Shown: in pieces, positions 1-8,489 of the stretch | Numbering within the stretch: the stretch's first letter is position 1 | Layout of the letters: each line of letters opens with the position of its first letter | NCBI GenBank assembly: GCA_937863685.1 | Contig: CALMGM010000005.1 | Coordinates: 1,012,217-1,076,216, forward strand | DNA length: 64,000 bases | Source of the DNA: an uncultured bacterium | GTDB taxonomy: Bacteria > Edwardsbacteria > AC1 > EtOH8 | Direction of reading: 5' to 3' | Notes under the pieces: model-generated | The model's database searches: none | Told to the model about the DNA's origin: nothing | What the model saw: the letters and a program-made list of their open reading frames with translations, nothing else | Position numbers and translations under genes: made by a program

Positions 1-2
1 GC

Positions 3-197
3 CGGTTCGACGGATTCTGGGAGATAAAACTCAAACCCTGGGATGCGGCTGCCGCCTCGCTGATGATCACCGAGGCCGGCGGGAGGATCACCGACTTTTC
101 CGGCCGCCGCTACAGCATCTATCGTCCGGAATGCCTGGCCTCCAACGGGAAGATACACCGGCAGATGCTCAAGGTTTTGGAGAACAGAAAAAAATAA
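3..197 (+). CDS. Inositol monophosphatase (SuhB/IMPase) family protein, C-terminal fragment; the gene starts upstream of the window
   Basis: Frame 3 reads RFDGFWEIKLKPWDAAAASLMITEAGGRITDFSG...NGKIHRQMLKVLENRKK* with TAA at 195-197. The WDxAA and EAGG..TD motifs are typical of IMPase C-termini. It is absent from the ORF track because it has no in-window start. Confidence 0.75.
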   Translation, partial: RFDGFWEIKLKPWDAAAASLMITEAGGRITDFSGRRYSIYRPECLASNGKIHRQMLKVLENRKK

Positions 198-262
198 TTC
201 TATATTAGCGAAACAAATTGTCCCGGGCTTCGTAGTTTTGTAAAAGGAATGAAGGAGGAAAC

Positions 263-1639
263 ATGTTTTTTAACATCAAATTCCTGGCAGGCGGAATTTT
301 GTCGGCAGTGATGGTGTGTTTTCAGGCCCAGGCTCTGGAGCTGCAGCGCGAAATGGAATTCGTCCCAGGGGACGTGCTTAAGATCGATATCAAGGCCGGA
401 AATGTCAAGATCACCGGTAACGATGGCGGTGCGGTAACCATCAACGCCCAGGGGGAAATCCTGCCGGAGGTGGAGAGGTCCGGCAATACGGTCGGGATCT
501 TTACCGACAAGCACCGGAACTGGAATCACAATAAACTGGACATAACCATAGAACTGCCTCGGGCGGCTGTGGTTGACATCTCCAGCGGAGCCGGCGATGT
601 GGCGGCCTACGACATCTCCGGAGGGGTGCTGATAGATATCGGGGCCGGCGACATCTACCTAAGAAACATAAACGGCAAGCTGGATGCCGAGACCGGTGCC
701 GGAAACATACATGCCTGGTGGCAGGCAAAAGCCTCTTTGCCTGGACACTGCCGGCTGACCACCGGAGTGGGCAATATCACTCTGGAATTGCCCGACAGCG
801 CCGGGATGGACATAGACGCCCAAACGGGACTGGGGAAGATATCGGGCAGGAACGGCCGGAACTACGGCCGTCAAGCAAATATCACACTGGGGTCTGGGGA
901 AGGCGTCTTCCGGCTGACAACCGGCATAGGTAATATCAGCATCGACCCGGACGGAATAGTGGTACGGAATTGGCCGGACGATGATATTTTGAACTGGAGA
1001 CACCGGCGCCACGAATACCAAACTGACTTTCAATTTAAAATGGGCGGCGGACCGATGGTCTTCTGGCCGGACCGCTCAGCCGGGAGGCTACAGCCATACC
1101 TGTCGCCGGCAGGGTTTCCCGAACTCAGGAGTGAGAGCTATTGCTGGGGCGGGGAAGGTTACATGCAATTTCAACGCTTCCGGATAGGTTTTACCGGCTG
1201 GGGACAGACGCTAAAGGCCAGCTCTTCGGTAAGCGACACTCAGAGGTATATCGATTATACCTATAATCTAAACGGAGTGACCCTGGAATATGTGCCGATC
1301 AGGGGCCGCCGGGCAGATATTAGCCTGGGGGCGCTGCTGGGCTGGGCCGATGCCGAGATCAATCTGGCCCGGAGCGCCAGCTCGGACCTGACTTGGGACC
1401 AAATCGTTCTGCTGGACTCTGAAAGAGAGCTGTCCCTGAAGTCGGACGGATTCGTGGGAATGCCTTTGGCCAGGGGTAATCTAAGATTATTCGGCATCGT
1501 CTGGCTGCAGGCCCAGGCCGGATACATCTACAGCCGGATGGGCGAATGGAATACCCATACCGAGAAGGAGGTATTCAATGCCCCCAAGGCCGACCACTCC
1601 GGGTGGGTATTTGCGGTCGGGCCGCATTTCGGATTTTAG
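263..1639 (+). CDS. Secreted DUF4097-like (putative adhesin, beta-helical) domain fused to a C-terminal beta-barrel-like domain
   Basis: Signal peptide MFFNIKFLAGGILSAVMVCFQAQA. Repeated GAGD(V/I)/TG(V/L)GNI(T/S) segments resemble DUF4097. The C-terminal roughly 200 aa show alternating hydrophobic strands and end in GPHFGF, with the aromatic terminal residue typical of outer-membrane barrels. Confidence 0.6.
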   Translation: MFFNIKFLAGGILSAVMVCFQAQALELQREMEFVPGDVLKIDIKAGNVKITGNDGGAVTINAQGEILPEVERSGNTVGIFTDKHRNWNHNKLDITIELPRAAVVDISSGAGDVAAYDISGGVLIDIGAGDIYLRNINGKLDAETGAGNIHAWWQAKASLPGHCRLTTGVGNITLELPDSAGMDIDAQTGLGKISGRNGRNYGRQANITLGSGEGVFRLTTGIGNISIDPDGIVVRNWPDDDILNWRHRRHEYQTDFQFKMGGGPMVFWPDRSAGRLQPYLSPAGFPELRSESYCWGGEGYMQFQRFRIGFTGWGQTLKASSSVSDTQRYIDYTYNLNGVTLEYVPIRGRRADISLGALLGWADAEINLARSASSDLTWDQIVLLDSERELSLKSDGFVGMPLARGNLRLFGIVWLQAQAGYIYSRMGEWNTHTEKEVFNAPKADHSGWVFAVGPHFGF

Positions 1640-1652
1640 ACTGAAAATAACG

Positions 1653-1681
1653 GAGGGCTGCTTGTATAGCAGCCCTCTTTT
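1653..1681. terminator. Bidirectional stem-loop terminator between convergent genes
   Basis: gagggctgc-ttgtata-gcagccctc followed by a T-run, lying between the stops at 1639 (+) and 1706 (-). Confidence 0.6.
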
Positions 1682-1705
1682 GGTTGACGAGAAGAAAACA
1701 TAGCC

Positions 1706-4700
1706 TCATGAAATATTTTCGTCTATCAGCTCCATGAAGCGATGATAATCGTATCCCGAAGATTCGGCCAGAGCAGCCATCTTCAGTGCTGTCCGGTATA
1801 TCAGGGCCAGCTTGCGGCGGTACCCGAAATTACCGGATACCCCCGGCGTAAAAATAAGACCAGCCATGGCAAGGCAGAGTGTCAGGTAAAGAAAATTCTC
1901 CCGGTTGAACCAAAAAACGTTCTGATGCCAGTTGCATCCCAGGTACTGGAGCACCTTCGGCCGCTCTAAAAAATTTCTCAATCCGGCGCTATCACTCAAT
2001 ATCTTCAGCCAATCCCAATTCCCCTCCGCCAGCACCTCAATCAACAGACGGATGCCATAGGCTTTGCCGCCGGGCAGCAGGCCGTTTCCCAGGGCTTCCT
2101 CCAGGCGGTTCCCCAGCAGTTCACGGGCTTGGGGCTGGGGGACCAGCCGGTCAATGTGCCGGAACAGCAGGAAGGCATACAAGACGGAAAAATCCAACTC
2201 ATCAAATCCGCTCTTTTCTGCACGGGAAAGCAATGCTGCCAGGCGTTTATTCAATGATCGTATTGCCCTTGCTGAGCAACGGTAGCTCTCAAAGATAGTT
2301 GCGGTCATATCTTCCGGATTGGGCAGAGTTGTCCCCGTCAGGTCGAATACCTTTGACGCTTCCGGGACCAGCCTCTGGAATGATTCCCTGGTCCGCCGGA
2401 ACAGGTCAAGCTTTGCCGGACTATTTTCCAGGGCCTCGGCCAAAACGACAGGGTTCTGCAGGGGGAGCAGCAGGGCCTGGAACGACCCCAACAGGCCCTC
2501 CATCCGCTGTTCCCACAGGGCCTGTTCGATGCTGGGTGCTCCCTGGCCTTTGAGGCCGGCAGCCAGTCTGGCATACTCGCCGGTCGGGTCGGCTTGGTGA
2601 TGGAAATTTGTGAAGACGTGGCATTCGAAGCCGTTCAATTGCACATAAAGCCCGCTGTCCCAAACCTGCCTGGCGGGGCGGATATATTCCAGTTCCGACA
2701 GCATGTCGCGGAAGACAATCCAGCCGTCGCCAGCCATGCCGAATTTATCGGCCAGCTTGGTCCGGACCAGATCATGCGTATCGGGTTTTTTATAAGGAAC
2801 GGACCAGTTTACCCAGCCCTCCGATCTCTGGTAGCGGTTGTTGTAGATGACCAAAGCCTGTTCCCCGCCGGCCGAGTTGGAATAGGCGAAGATATCATGC
2901 TGGTTATGCCCGCCGGATGAGTTCACGTCATAAAGCGCGAAATTGTCCACCTGGCTGAACAGGTAACGTTTCTTCAGCAGGGGGAATATCTGGCGCCGGT
3001 GGCGGTCCATCAGGTCCCGGTCCGGGTTCTCATCCCAGTAGGCCCGGCGGTATTCCATGCCGTATTTTTCGGCCAAGCCCTCGATCTGTCCGTGGCCGAA
3101 CATGGGCAGGCCCGGCAGGGTGGACATCATGGTGCAGACCCCGAAATATTTGTCGCCCTTTCCGAACTGGGCTGCGGCCGGCTCCTCGTCGGGATTGTTC
3201 ATGAAGTTGACGAAGCGCTTGAGGATCTGGGGATCGAACTCCAGTAGGTTCCTGATGACCGTGCGGTAGTTGGCGTTCTCCTCGCGCTTGAGCATGTTCA
3301 TGAAGGCGCTGTTGTAGACCCGGTGCATGCCCAAGGTGCGGACAAAATATCCCTCCATCAGCCAAAAAGCCTCGGCCAGCAGCAGGGTATCGGGGGCCTC
3401 CCGGGCCACCCGCTCCACCACCTCCCGCCAGAACTCCTCCGGAAAGGCATTATCAAATTCCTCCTTGCTCATCCCCTGCCAGGAGCGGGAAGGGATGTCT
3501 CCTCCGCTGCCGGGCTGGGGGAACCACAATCTCTGATAGTGCTTTTTGGCCAGGGTCATGGCGGCGTCGAAGCGTATCACTGAGGAATAACGGGCCACCC
3601 TCAAAATCTCGCCGATCACCGCCTCCCGGAGGTCGGGCAGCAGGAAATTCAATTGGGCGGTGTCGTTCCATGGCATGTGGGTGCCGTCGTTGCCGTGATA
3701 GATATAGCGCACCTGGCCGCTCCGGCGGTCCAGCCGCTTGAACACCACCGCGGCATCCCGCTTGCTGTAATAGCCGTCCTCGATATAGATGCCGATATCG
3801 GGATGGCCGGACAGGTCCGGTCCGTTGAAGGAATAGGCGGGATAGGGCGGATCATTCAGCTGGACGAACCATTCGGGATGCTCGACTACCCATTTCGAAA
3901 AAATACCGGTGTGGTTGGGCACCATGTCCACCGCCAGCCGGATGCCGCGTCCCATGATCCGGTCCTTTAAATTATAATAGGCGCCGTCGCCGCCCAGGTC
4001 TTCCGATATCCGGTAATCGTAAAGCGAGTAGGCCGATGAGGCCGCCTCGGGGTTGCCGCAGATCTGTTTGATCCTCTGCGAGGCCGGGCTTCGCTCCCAG
4101 ACCCCTATCAGCCACAGCCCGGTGAATCCGCTTTCAGCCAGCTGTTGCAGCTCCTGTTCAGGCACCTGGTCCAGGTGCCTGATATCGGTCCCGTATTTTT
4201 TGGACAACTGATCCAGCCAGACATAGGTATTCTTGGCCACCATCACCAGGTTGGGCATCCAGTCCAGATCGGGCGAGTATTTTTCCAGCTCGTAATCGGA
4301 AGAACCGCCGGAGAATATCTTTTTATAATCCGGCAACGGTTCCATTCCCGGGGCAAAGCCGCGGAACCTTTCGGCTTCCTTAAGCACATCCAGGGCCTGA
4401 AGGATCCTGGCGGCAAGCTTTTCAAATATTTCGTCCGGGAGAATATCTTTCCAATTTTCCCTGATGTATTCCAGCTGTCCGGCCAGCGAATAAGGGCTGG
4501 CCAGGGACGGTGCCTTCAAAAGCTGGAACAGGTCCAGATTTTGCGGCCCGTATTTGGGCTGGGTCTTGAAAAAATCTTTCAGGCGGGATATGCCGTCCAA
4601 ATATCTGGTGCTTTGGCGCAGGGGGGCGTCATCGAACAGCTCCGAATAGCGGCGGTAGGCGGGATTATCATTGGCCAGGAACAAGAACAGCAGTTCCTCC

Positions 4701-5152
4701 AGGGCCACCGCCCGGTGGGGATAACCGTCGCTGCTGCCCTTAAGGTATTCGGCGGAGGTCAACTGATTGTTCATGACCTTAAGCGGAGGGAAGGATGCGG
4801 TGAATTTTTCAAGGCATTTGTCCGTTTCGGCCGGCTCCAGGGCGGCAGAAATATTTACCAAGGCCGATTCAAATACCTTGGGATTCCTCTCCCGTCGATA
4901 ATTGGCAGCCACCAGGTGAAGGATCTCCTCGATCAGGGCGATGATGTTTATCTCGGCGGCCTTGACTGCCAGGTGGGGATTGTTGCCGGCGTCCCGCACT
5001 AGGTTCATCCGGTCGGCCAGACGCTGTATCGCCGGGAAATCGGTCAGTATGACATTGCCGTGCAGGCCGTAGATGGCCTCATCGAAGCCGTATCTTTTCC
5101 GGCACCGGCTTGAGATATGAAATTCGAATATGGGAAGATCCTTTGCAATCAT
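1706..5152 (-). CDS. Large alpha-amylase family (GH13) glycoside hydrolase, 1148 aa
   Basis: GH13 conserved regions are visible: AVDMVPNHTG (region I), VIRFDAAMTL (region II), LLAEAFW (region III) and NFMNNPDE (region IV-like). Long N- and C-terminal extensions have no motif I recognise. Confidence 0.8.
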   Translation of the reverse strand: MIAKDLPIFEFHISSRCRKRYGFDEAIYGLHGNVILTDFPAIQRLADRMNLVRDAGNNPHLAVKAAEINIIALIEEILHLVAANYRRERNPKVFESALVNISAALEPAETDKCLEKFTASFPPLKVMNNQLTSAEYLKGSSDGYPHRAVALEELLFLFLANDNPAYRRYSELFDDAPLRQSTRYLDGISRLKDFFKTQPKYGPQNLDLFQLLKAPSLASPYSLAGQLEYIRENWKDILPDEIFEKLAARILQALDVLKEAERFRGFAPGMEPLPDYKKIFSGGSSDYELEKYSPDLDWMPNLVMVAKNTYVWLDQLSKKYGTDIRHLDQVPEQELQQLAESGFTGLWLIGVWERSPASQRIKQICGNPEAASSAYSLYDYRISEDLGGDGAYYNLKDRIMGRGIRLAVDMVPNHTGIFSKWVVEHPEWFVQLNDPPYPAYSFNGPDLSGHPDIGIYIEDGYYSKRDAAVVFKRLDRRSGQVRYIYHGNDGTHMPWNDTAQLNFLLPDLREAVIGEILRVARYSSVIRFDAAMTLAKKHYQRLWFPQPGSGGDIPSRSWQGMSKEEFDNAFPEEFWREVVERVAREAPDTLLLAEAFWLMEGYFVRTLGMHRVYNSAFMNMLKREENANYRTVIRNLLEFDPQILKRFVNFMNNPDEEPAAAQFGKGDKYFGVCTMMSTLPGLPMFGHGQIEGLAEKYGMEYRRAYWDENPDRDLMDRHRRQIFPLLKKRYLFSQVDNFALYDVNSSGGHNQHDIFAYSNSAGGEQALVIYNNRYQRSEGWVNWSVPYKKPDTHDLVRTKLADKFGMAGDGWIVFRDMLSELEYIRPARQVWDSGLYVQLNGFECHVFTNFHHQADPTGEYARLAAGLKGQGAPSIEQALWEQRMEGLLGSFQALLLPLQNPVVLAEALENSPAKLDLFRRTRESFQRLVPEASKVFDLTGTTLPNPEDMTATIFESYRCSARAIRSLNKRLAALLSRAEKSGFDELDFSVLYAFLLFRHIDRLVPQPQARELLGNRLEEALGNGLLPGGKAYGIRLLIEVLAEGNWDWLKILSDSAGLRNFLERPKVLQYLGCNWHQNVFWFNRENFLYLTLCLAMAGLIFTPGVSGNFGYRRKLALIYRTALKMAALAESSGYDYHRFMELIDENIS

Positions 5153-5307
5153 GCGATTATAATAGCACTTTGTCCGGGTTTTTTCAATTTATTATTTGAT
5201 TTTGTTCAAAGTCCAAAGAGCGGTTTCTTAACAAAATGAAACTTAAAAATGCGCATCCCGTAATATTCAAAGGATATCAACCTCAAATACATATAAGGAG
5301 CGGTACA

Positions 5308-6027
5308 ATGAAGGGGTTAAATTTCAAACCGTTTGCCGGGCTACTTATCGCCAGCCTGGCCTTGATCTCGTCCCTGGCCTATGCCGGCGACCCCGTCGGC
5401 CAGAATAGGGATGTCTCCGGGTTCGATAAGATACAGGTCGATGGAGCCTATGACCTGTATATAACCCAGGGAAAGGAATTCAGCCTGCGGATAGAGGCCG
5501 AGCCGGAAGTCTTGGAGAAGGTCAAGACCGAAGTGAATGACGGCTGGTTGAAGGTAGGCGACAAAAAGCACAAGATCCAGATAGGCGTCTTCAAGAGCAA
5601 AGCCCGCAAGATATATGTCACCCTGCCGGAATTAAAGGAGCTGTGCCTCAACGGATCATCCGATGTCAGGTGCCAGAACAAGTTCAAGGCCGGGGATCTC
5701 CGTCTGGAGGTGAATGGCGCCGGGGATGTCGAGCTGGAGCTGGAGGCCCGTGATGTTGATGCCAATATCAGAGGGGCGGGGGATATCAAGCTCAAAGGCA
5801 GCGCCGATAAATTCGATATATCCATAGCCGGTTCGGGAGATGTTTCGGCCTACGATCTGGCCAGCCAGAAGACCACCATCAGCATCAGCGGGGCCGGCGA
5901 CTGCCGGGTGAACGCCGGGCAGGAACTGGAGGTCAATATTGCAGGCAGCGGAGATGTCAGCTACCGGGGAAGTCCCAAGGTGATGACGAAGAATGTAAGC
6001 GGGGTGGGCCGGGTGCATAAGGAATAA
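5308..6027 (+). CDS. DUF2807 / GIN-domain (autotransporter adhesin head-like) secreted protein
   Basis: I prefer the start at 5308 (MKGLNFKPFAGLLIASLALISSLAYA signal peptide, aaggag RBS at 5295-5300) over the ORF-track start at 5236. Repeated G(A/S)GD(V/I/C) strands and the ending SGDVSYRGSPK...GVGRV are typical of DUF2807. Confidence 0.65.
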   Translation: MKGLNFKPFAGLLIASLALISSLAYAGDPVGQNRDVSGFDKIQVDGAYDLYITQGKEFSLRIEAEPEVLEKVKTEVNDGWLKVGDKKHKIQIGVFKSKARKIYVTLPELKELCLNGSSDVRCQNKFKAGDLRLEVNGAGDVELELEARDVDANIRGAGDIKLKGSADKFDISIAGSGDVSAYDLASQKTTISISGAGDCRVNAGQELEVNIAGSGDVSYRGSPKVMTKNVSGVGRVHKE

Positions 6028-6100
6028 TAATACCTAGCACCCATTTAATTTGATAAGCAGATAACAATTCTCGGAATTACAGGATGTTTCTTGAAAAAAT

Positions 6101-6132
6101 AAAAGAGCAGGCGATCGTGCCTGCTCTTTTTT
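6101..6132. terminator. Bidirectional rho-independent terminator
   Basis: aaaa-gagcaggc-gatcgt-gcctgctc-tttttt between convergent genes ending at 6027 (+) and 6142 (-). Confidence 0.6.
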
Positions 6133-6141
6133 ATTGTTCTC

Positions 6142-6678
6142 TCAATCCGGCTGGGGTGTTTTGACAATTCCTGCCAGTTCATAGCCGTGGTTCCTTATTC
6201 TCTCCATCAGGTCGTTGTACAGGGGGTCGTCCATTTTCCGGTTGCGGGACAATATCCACAAATATTTCCGGCCGGGGTGGCCCACCACCGCATACTGGTA
6301 GTTGCTGTCCAGCTCGATGATCCAGTAATCCCCCGAGAAGGGCCAGAAGAACTGGACCTTGAGCCTGGCGTTGGATACCGTATCCACCACCCAGGCTTTG
6401 CCCTTGGCGGCCTTGTATCTTCCGTTGAGGGAATCCTTGCGGCATTCGTTGAGCACGCTGATCTTGCCGTCCTCTCTCAGGGCATAGGTGGCGGAGACGG
6501 CGGTGCAGCCCTTTTGGAAACGCTGGGGGATGGTGGCGATCTCGTACCAAGTGCCCAGGTAGCGGTTCAGGTCCACCTGGGGGACCGTCTGCAGGGGCGG
6601 CAACTCCTGCTTTTGGGCATAAATTTCATAAGCTGAAAGCATTAAACAAAAGGACATAACCAATTTAACCATGTTCAT
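6142..6678 (-). CDS. blc: Bacterial lipocalin (outer-membrane lipoprotein Blc family)
   Basis: The lipocalin signature YLGTWYEIA is present, together with FFWPFSGDYWIIELD..YQYAVVG.P.RKYLWILSR. An N-terminal signal sequence is present. Confidence 0.85.
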   Translation of the reverse strand: MNMVKLVMSFCLMLSAYEIYAQKQELPPLQTVPQVDLNRYLGTWYEIATIPQRFQKGCTAVSATYALREDGKISVLNECRKDSLNGRYKAAKGKAWVVDTVSNARLKVQFFWPFSGDYWIIELDSNYQYAVVGHPGRKYLWILSRNRKMDDPLYNDLMERIRNHGYELAGIVKTPQPD

Positions 6679-6686
6679 GTTTCACC

Positions 6687-7118
6687 TCACTTTGAAAATT
6701 TGGTTTTATCAATGGGTTTGCATCCGGCGAATTCGCCGATAATCTCATCCAAACAAGTCACTCTTTTTACAGCAGGGTGATAATAGAATACAGATTGATT
6801 GTTTTTTTTACCGAGAATATAAACCAAGGGCCGCCCCTTTTTAATAAATGACGCAATGGCGGCTCCCAACTCCACGTATTTGGCTCGCCCGTGTGCCGGG
6901 TCGGATAAAAGGATAAAAATATCGCAATCAAGTACCCCGTTCATGTCTCTGGTTGCAATAGCCTTTGTACTTTCCGATAGGCGGTCGCGGCTTTTTAATT
7001 TCGGGGCATCATTCTTTGTCCAATCGACGGTTATTTCGTGCCCCAGCCGTTTCAATTTCCGGTGAATCTCATTCACCCGTCTTTTTTCTCGGACATAGGC
7101 TGCAATATAAAATTTCAT
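6687..7118 (-). CDS. Hypothetical protein with a nucleoside 2-deoxyribosyltransferase-like fold pattern
   Basis: The pattern KFYIAA...D..GV..CDIFILL.D....G...ELGAA.A....P.VYILG resembles NDT/Rcl-like Rossmann proteins. This is a weak call made by eye. The gene abuts yjbQ with no gap (7118/7119). Confidence 0.4.
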   Translation of the reverse strand: MKFYIAAYVREKRRVNEIHRKLKRLGHEITVDWTKNDAPKLKSRDRLSESTKAIATRDMNGVLDCDIFILLSDPAHGRAKYVELGAAIASFIKKGRPLVYILGKKNNQSVFYYHPAVKRVTCLDEIIGEFAGCKPIDKTKFSK

Positions 7119-7544
7119 TTATTCCCCTATTATTTTCACCAACACACGCTTCCGCCTTCTTCCGTCGAACTCGCCGTAGAATATCTGCTCCCAGGGACCG
7201 AAATCCAGCTTTCCTTTTGTAACAGCCGCCACCACCTCCCGCCCCATGATCTGTCTTTTAAGGTGGGCGTCGCCGTTGTCCTCTCCGGTCCTATTATGCA
7301 GGTACTGCGAGGTCGGCTCATGCGGAGCCAGAGTCTCCAGCCATCTCTCGTAGTCCTGGTGCAGTCCGCCCTCGTCATCGTTGATGAACACGCTGGCGGT
7401 GATATGCATGGCGTTGACCAGGCACAAGCCTTCCTTGATGCCGCTTTCTTTTAGGCACTCATCCACCTGCCCGGTGATGTTGACGAATCCCCGGCGGGAG
7501 GGAACGTTAAACCAAAGTTCTTTCCGGTATGATAGCATAAACAA
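7119..7544 (-). CDS. yjbQ: YjbQ/UPF0047 family protein (secondary thiamine-phosphate synthase-like)
   Basis: The length (141 aa) and the motifs GL..V...HTTASV.INE(D).....D and [18 protein letters not shown]...[19 protein letters not shown] match the family. Confidence 0.85.
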   Translation of the reverse strand: MFMLSYRKELWFNVPSRRGFVNITGQVDECLKESGIKEGLCLVNAMHITASVFINDDEGGLHQDYERWLETLAPHEPTSQYLHNRTGEDNGDAHLKRQIMGREVVAAVTKGKLDFGPWEQIFYGEFDGRRRKRVLVKIIGE

Positions 7545-7586
7545 ACTCCTTACGAAACAGTCCAGAATAAAAACTCATGATATGAG

Positions 7587-8489
7587 TTATCTTTCGTATT
7601 CTAAAAATAAAATACTTTTATTACCAGTTACTTTAATTATTATTTTATTGTTATATAAAACATAATCTATGCCGGAATCTTGAAAATTACCAGAAATTAT
7701 AAAATGTCTTTCATTTAAAAACCCCGCTATATCTTCAATTTTATCCAGGCTGCCGTTCGGATTAAATATAAATAACTTTTGACTATTGTAGAGTGAAGCA
7801 AAAATATAATTACCGTTTTCAGTTCTTCCCAAGTAGTATTCGATTTCGTTTGTAGGGTTGTTGGGGGTAATTTGAGTTACCAACTTATGTTGATATCCAC
7901 CAGTTGTGTCCTCTTTAGTGATTTTTATTGGTAATCTTGGAGATAGTTCTTTAGTTGTAACTTCGGTGCCTTTTAAATCAAATGTAATGAGTTTATGGCC
8001 ATCTTCCAATACATTTACTAAATTATTTTTAGTGTCGATATTCCAATAAGAAGGGCTATACAGTGTATTGTTTATTTCCTTTATTGTGTCATACCTCATT
8101 GCTATTTCAATTAATTTAGCGTATTTCTTTGTGCTCTTAAAATAGTCAATGAGATTTTCACAACATGATACTTGTATCGATTCGTCGGGCTTTAACCAAA
8201 TGGCGGTATCCCTTTGTTTATTAATAAAACCCAAGAAATTTCCCTGCCAGTCTATTTTGCAGATACGATCATTTCCATAATCAAATATATATAAAGCGCT
8301 GGTGTCTGCCGCAAAACCTTCAGGGTAAACAAATTCATCCGCTACTATGGTGCCCAAATTGTATGGCTCTTTTTGTAGGGGTATTTCACAAAGTACGTTT
8401 ACTTTGTTGTCATAAACCCTTTTTTTAAAAATTTTATTGCATCCAATTAATAGAAAACAAGCCAGAGTAAATATTATTTTCTTTTTCAT
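7587..8489 (-). CDS. AT-rich hypothetical lipoprotein, possibly a beta-propeller type
   Basis: Lipobox MKKKIIFTLACFLLIGC. Composition is very AT-rich (positions 7621-7680 contain 13 G+C of 60). The start overlaps the tex stop by 4 nt (ATGA at 8486-8489). I recognise no catalytic motif. Confidence 0.6.
   Translation of the reverse strand: MKKKIIFTLACFLLIGCNKIFKKRVYDNKVNVLCEIPLQKEPYNLGTIVADEFVYPEGFAADTSALYIFDYGNDRICKIDWQGNFLGFINKQRDTAIWLKPDESIQVSCCENLIDYFKSTKKYAKLIEIAMRYDTIKEINNTLYSPSYWNIDTKNNLVNVLEDGHKLITFDLKGTEVTTKELSPRLPIKITKEDTTGGYQHKLVTQITPNNPTNEIEYYLGRTENGNYIFASLYNSQKLFIFNPNGSLDKIEDIAGFLNERHFIISGNFQDSGIDYVLYNNKIIIKVTGNKSILFLEYER

Noticed and set aside
5236-5307. Upstream start codon (5236) for the DUF2807 protein.
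   Set aside because: The Met at 5308 is preceded by aaggag at good spacing and begins a typical signal peptide. The 24 extra residues have no signal-peptide character.
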